NCBI RefSeq assembly: GCF_009914755.1 | Contig: NC_060930.1 | DNA from: the human T2T-CHM13v2.0 reference genome, Homo sapiens | Length of the DNA: 64,000 nucleotides | Direction: 5' to 3' (one strand) | Notes under the pieces: model-generated | The model's database searches: none | What the model saw: only the letters and a program-made list of their open reading frames with translations | Told to the model about the DNA's origin: nothing | Shown: positions 59,569-64,000 of the stretch, one piece after another | How the letters are laid out: each line of letters starts with the position of its first letter | How positions within the stretch are numbered: position 1 is the stretch's first letter | Program-made: the position numbers and the translations under genes

Positions 59569-61021
59569 TTAAAAGAAATTTTCTATGGATCAAAAATGCC
59601 TTTCAAAGTGGAAACACCAGGGAATCATTTCCTTTCTGGAACCTGCCGGACCTGCAGCAGCCCTGCCAGGCAGAGCAGGAGAGGCTGGCGCTACAGCATG
59701 AAAGAGCTCTTTCTCTTCAGCCCTCACAGGTGAAAAGACACGGACGCCCCGGCCACTGCTCAAACCAAAGGAGGAAAGACTCACAGACTCCTAGGGCCAT
59801 GTGGCCCTCAATAAGTTAGTTATGTATAATATAAGCCTCAGTTTCCCCATTTGTATGTTGGCGGTAAAAGTAGCCCCTCCTGTATTGACTTCCTGTGTGG
59901 ATCAAACACGATAAGTAAGATAAACCATGTTTCATGCTTCCCTCCACATCCCTGAGCACATAATGCTCAATTGATGCAAATGTGTATTATCATCCATACA
60001 GCATTTATGGTTTACAAAGCCCTTTTCCACATACTGTTTCCTTTGAACCATTCAGCAGTGGGGACTGACAGGAAGAACATCTCCAGGGAGGAGAGGAGGC
60101 TCGGGGATGCCATGATACTTGCCCTAGGTCACACTGGTGGCCATGAAAATGGCTTTTCTGAACTGGAATCCGTGCGGTTCCATTTAGATGGATTCTGTGC
60201 AGCTCTGAAGACACAAGTAGGCTCTCAGAGGAGGAAGAAGCTACTGGAGAAGAAAGGTAGGAAACTGCTAACAACTGGAGCTTGCTAACAATGGAAGGAT
60301 AGAGTCCTGTGCTGTCTGCCTCCTTCCAAGACGTTAGCAGGGAATTTGGGCCTTGACCTGGGAGAGAGGCCTTGAAACCCATTCAGTCTAAGAATCCAGG
60401 CTTCACTTCGAGATCACTTCTCAGAGTACAGGTTTTTGCTTTTAACTCTTTCCTTGAATGTTAGATGTTTTTCCTTCAAACATATTGTTTCAGTTGTCAT
60501 TTTAACTTTTCCACAGATGAGTGAGCTAGCTGGAAAATGGTCTGGGACTTCAGTGGCACCATGGTTTCAGCATAAATTCTCCTTACTCTGTTTTAAATCT
60601 GCACTCTCAGGGATGAGAAAGAAAACCCCTGAAACTGATGTTCGATTCACAAAGTACACACACAGAACACAGGAAATCTCTGCCAAAGCGTGGCCTGGGT
60701 TTTCTTAACTTTGTCCTGGAAGTTCCGTAACCTGTGTTATCTGCTGTTAAAAATTTACAGGGACCAGCTGGGTCTTTGGTCCAATGGAATTTTTTTTTTC
60801 TTCAGGCATGGAAATGTCAAATATAGTCATAAAAACAATGACCTAGCCTGTACCCAGAAATATGATTTCTAAACAATTATACTTCCAGTTAATCTCACAC
60901 TACCGTGGTCCCAAGCCAATGAATAAGAACTCAATTTCTCAGCATTTGACCTGAACAGAGATTTGGGCTGCTTCCAGGGAAATGCATATTAGACAAACCT
61001 TTCTGAATGTACCTTTTTCTA

Positions 61022-61306
61022 GGCCAGGTGCAATGGCTCACGCCTTAATCCCAGCACTTTGGGAGGCCAAGGTGGGCAGATCACCTAACGTCAGGAGCTT
61101 GAGACCAGCCTGGGCAACATGGTGAAACCCTGTCTCTACTAAAAATACAAAAATTATCTAGGCGTGGTGGCAGGTGCCTGTAATCCCAGCTTCTTGGGAA
61201 TCTACTTGAGGCAGGAAAATCTCTTGAACCTGGGAGGCAGAGGCTGCCGTGAGCTGAGATCGCACCACTGTACTCCAGCCTGGGCGACAGAGGAAGACTT
61301 CATCTC

Positions 61307-61335
<29 letters not shown>
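61022..61335 (+). mobile_element. AluS
   Basis: Dimer with a long poly-A tail; flanking repeat CTGAATGTAC(C/T)TTTTTCT. Confidence 0.93.
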
Positions 61336-61338
<3 letters not shown>

Positions 61339-64000
61339 CTGAATGTACTTTTTTCTTATTCTACTATCAGATCACTTTTAGTTAATTTATTCTTCTTTAC
61401 TGGGTTCATGCCAAATGACTTCTAACTAAAAGAGAGGGCCCTAGAAAGAAAGAACCAATCCTCTATACCATCATATCATTGGCCCCCACACATTCTCACA
61501 CATATCACCTCCCAAATCGAGTACTAACTTCACATCCCTGGAGAGAGCTTATACTCACCTGGTCTCATTAAAGCAACACACGGTTGTACAGTTTCTCACT
61601 GTGGGACCAATTAACCATTTCCACATCAGGCACCAACACAACCCCACCATGCTGTTTGCCCTCTTTATTTATGTTAAGTCTCTAGTACTAATTATGTTAA
61701 GACACTCAAAACAAGAGCTATATTTTCACACCGTGGGTGGTGATTTCGAGCATTAGAACCAGCTTCTTCCCCCCACTGTTTCTATGCTTTGTAATTTGCA
61801 TACCAAAATTTAAAGCTATCTACAGCTTTCCACTTTAAGTTTTTTTGCAAATGAGGTCTTAAAAGTGATATAGTCGAATATGCTCGGGCACCTTTGGCAT
61901 CCGAAAGGGAAAATTCCCAATAAAAGGGGCAGTGCGCAGATGGCTGCTGGGTTGACTCCTAAGTCTCAAGGCAAACTCCCCCAGCACAGGCCACAGTGGC
62001 AACAGCATGAACCAAATCTTGCTTGAATCCAACAAATGACCACAGATTCCTCACGACTGAAAAAATAACAGAAATCTATTCCCCCAGTGGAATTCATTAC
62101 TGATCAATAAACCCAATGCATTGTGCAACATTTGTGATTATTCTCTTTGGAATCAACAGCATGTCTTAATAGCTAATTGTTTGATAAAGCCTTGACATCA
62201 CCAAAATTTCCCAATAATGAGGGCACTAAATCCTAAAGAACTGTGAAGGAAAGAGGTCAGCCTCTTCTTTGGAAGGCCACAAAGAATGAGAATGATTCTT
62301 ACAGTCCTATAATCACTCAGAAATGGTTAGGCCCAAAGGAATTAAGTTACATGACCTCCAAATCCTGTCTCCAAAACCAAAAGCATGAATGCCCTGGAAT
62401 AGGCTTTCGCCTTGTGTTTTTCTCTTCGGTTCTTCCTTTCCTCATTCACCAAGGCAGACTGCTTGTCAAAACAGGATTAAAATCCTGAGGCCAGCCCCTG
62501 GCCGACTTGAAGTCTGCATCTAAGGCAGGGCCTTAGACATGGCAGCTCCAAGTGTTTCATGGGCCTGGTGAGAGGGGCAGGCCCTGGCTCTAGACACCAG
62601 GGAAAAACATACTCCTTAGTGTTCAACCCTGGTTTTCTCATCAGAGCAATGATGTCCCAGGATGACCTGTGGACAAAAGAGGACGGGAGAAGAGAAAATA
62701 TTTTCTTCAGTTCAAAAGAAAAGGCCCCTATGGTCTATGAGCTGACAGCTGTATGGTACTCATAGCTATTACTGAATCCTTTCTGAACTGCACCGGGGGT
62801 ACAAGAGGGAGAGTGAAGGTCTAGTGCTCGGTTGGAAGGGAGAAGGAACAGGCTCCCTTCTCTTTGTTTTATCCTACTGCCTCTTTGCTCCATACCACTT
62901 TCCCCTGGCTGGATTTAGACCCAGCCAAGGCAATTATTTGCTTTGCCCAGCTCAGCACTTGTTCCCAAGTTGAGTATTCATCTTTATGGGAGCCTGCACA
63001 TGTCTTTAGGATTACTTTCAGGCCATATGTTTCTGTTTTGAAACAATGAGGGCTTCTCTATAATGATCAGCACAGGGAGAGGAAAAGGGCAAGGGCTTTG
63101 GTTACCAAATATTCAGCTCCCCAAAGTTGAGTCACCATCGCGGGGCTAAGCAGACAACATCACCACCTTTCAAAGCACAGTGTTGACACTATTTTTTCCT
63201 GGCATACTAATTTTCTCATAACAGCCTGCTCCACTCCTCTGCTTCTGTCTTGCATGTTTTCTGGAGAAAGTAAGACCTCCTCAGCCCAGCCAATTTCTCA
63301 AAAGGCTAAGACAGCCTGGCTGCAGGAATGTGCAATCATTCTTGAAAATCAGCAATGGTGGGTTGCATTTATCTGATCAAAAAATGCAACTGCCAAAAAA
63401 AAAAAAAAAGCACATCTGCCTCCCCACAAATGAAAATTTAGGTAGCATGTGTCTAAGTTAGTGGCAGAGTAAGAGGAGTTTATATGGTTTCTTATCACTG
63501 GACTAAAACACAACTAGTAAAACTGGTATAGTAATAGTCACCCCGGGAAATATGCAATGTGGATATCAAAATCTACTCCCATTACTTCAGAGTGTCAAAT
63601 GGACTGAGTGGAATGACTTTTCAGCTTAATGCAAAGTGAGAACTGCCACTGGGTAATAAATTCCTTTCTGTCCTAAAATAGTAGCCCAAGAAATAATCAT
63701 CCCAAGAAGTAAGAGGTGTTTTATCTCCTCCGCGGCAGCAAAGGGCTTCTCCTGATTGCTAAGTGCTGATTTATTCCAGAATGCACAATTGCAGCTTGCT
63801 GCTGGTCTCCACCCCATCCGCCTGAAGGCAGGGATGTTCTTGTCTGTGTCAGAACTGCCTGCTTAACCCAGCAGGAAGCCTTGTCACCGGTATTCAGCCC
63901 TGGCCACGTCTCTTGGCTGAGAGAAGCAGGAGCCCAGCAATGCTAACATTTGAAAGATCCAGAGGGAAGAGAGGAGGCTGACTTTTGAAGGGATGATCTG

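Overview
Eukaryotic, hominid (very probably human) genomic DNA; the SVA, AluY, THE1 and MADE1 content rules out a prokaryotic source. The window lies inside the SCML4 gene (Scm polycomb group protein like 4), transcribed on the minus strand. It holds one recognisable exon, 16269..16055: 59 nt before the start ATG, then 52 codons with two AT-hook-like motifs. The rest is intron, about half of it transposon-derived: about 28 Alus, old L1, L2, CR1 and RTE LINE relics, MIRs, MaLR/ERVL solo LTRs, hAT/mariner fossils and one SVA. There is no rRNA, tRNA, CRISPR array or second protein-coding gene, and the other ORFs in the track are repeat-derived or chance. I found no convincing new multi-gene system. 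The best leads are: (1) an SVA whose target-site duplication encloses an extra (GGAA)16 block, an apparent 5' transduction; (2) a 34-unit, 28-bp minisatellite with a perfect 12-unit higher-order duplication and a one-base E-box switch; (3) a consensus splice donor at 61559 with an ATG that would splice in frame onto the SCML4 exon; (4) several short locally templated duplications. Repeat family names come from recalled consensus sequences and most old-repeat boundaries are approximate.
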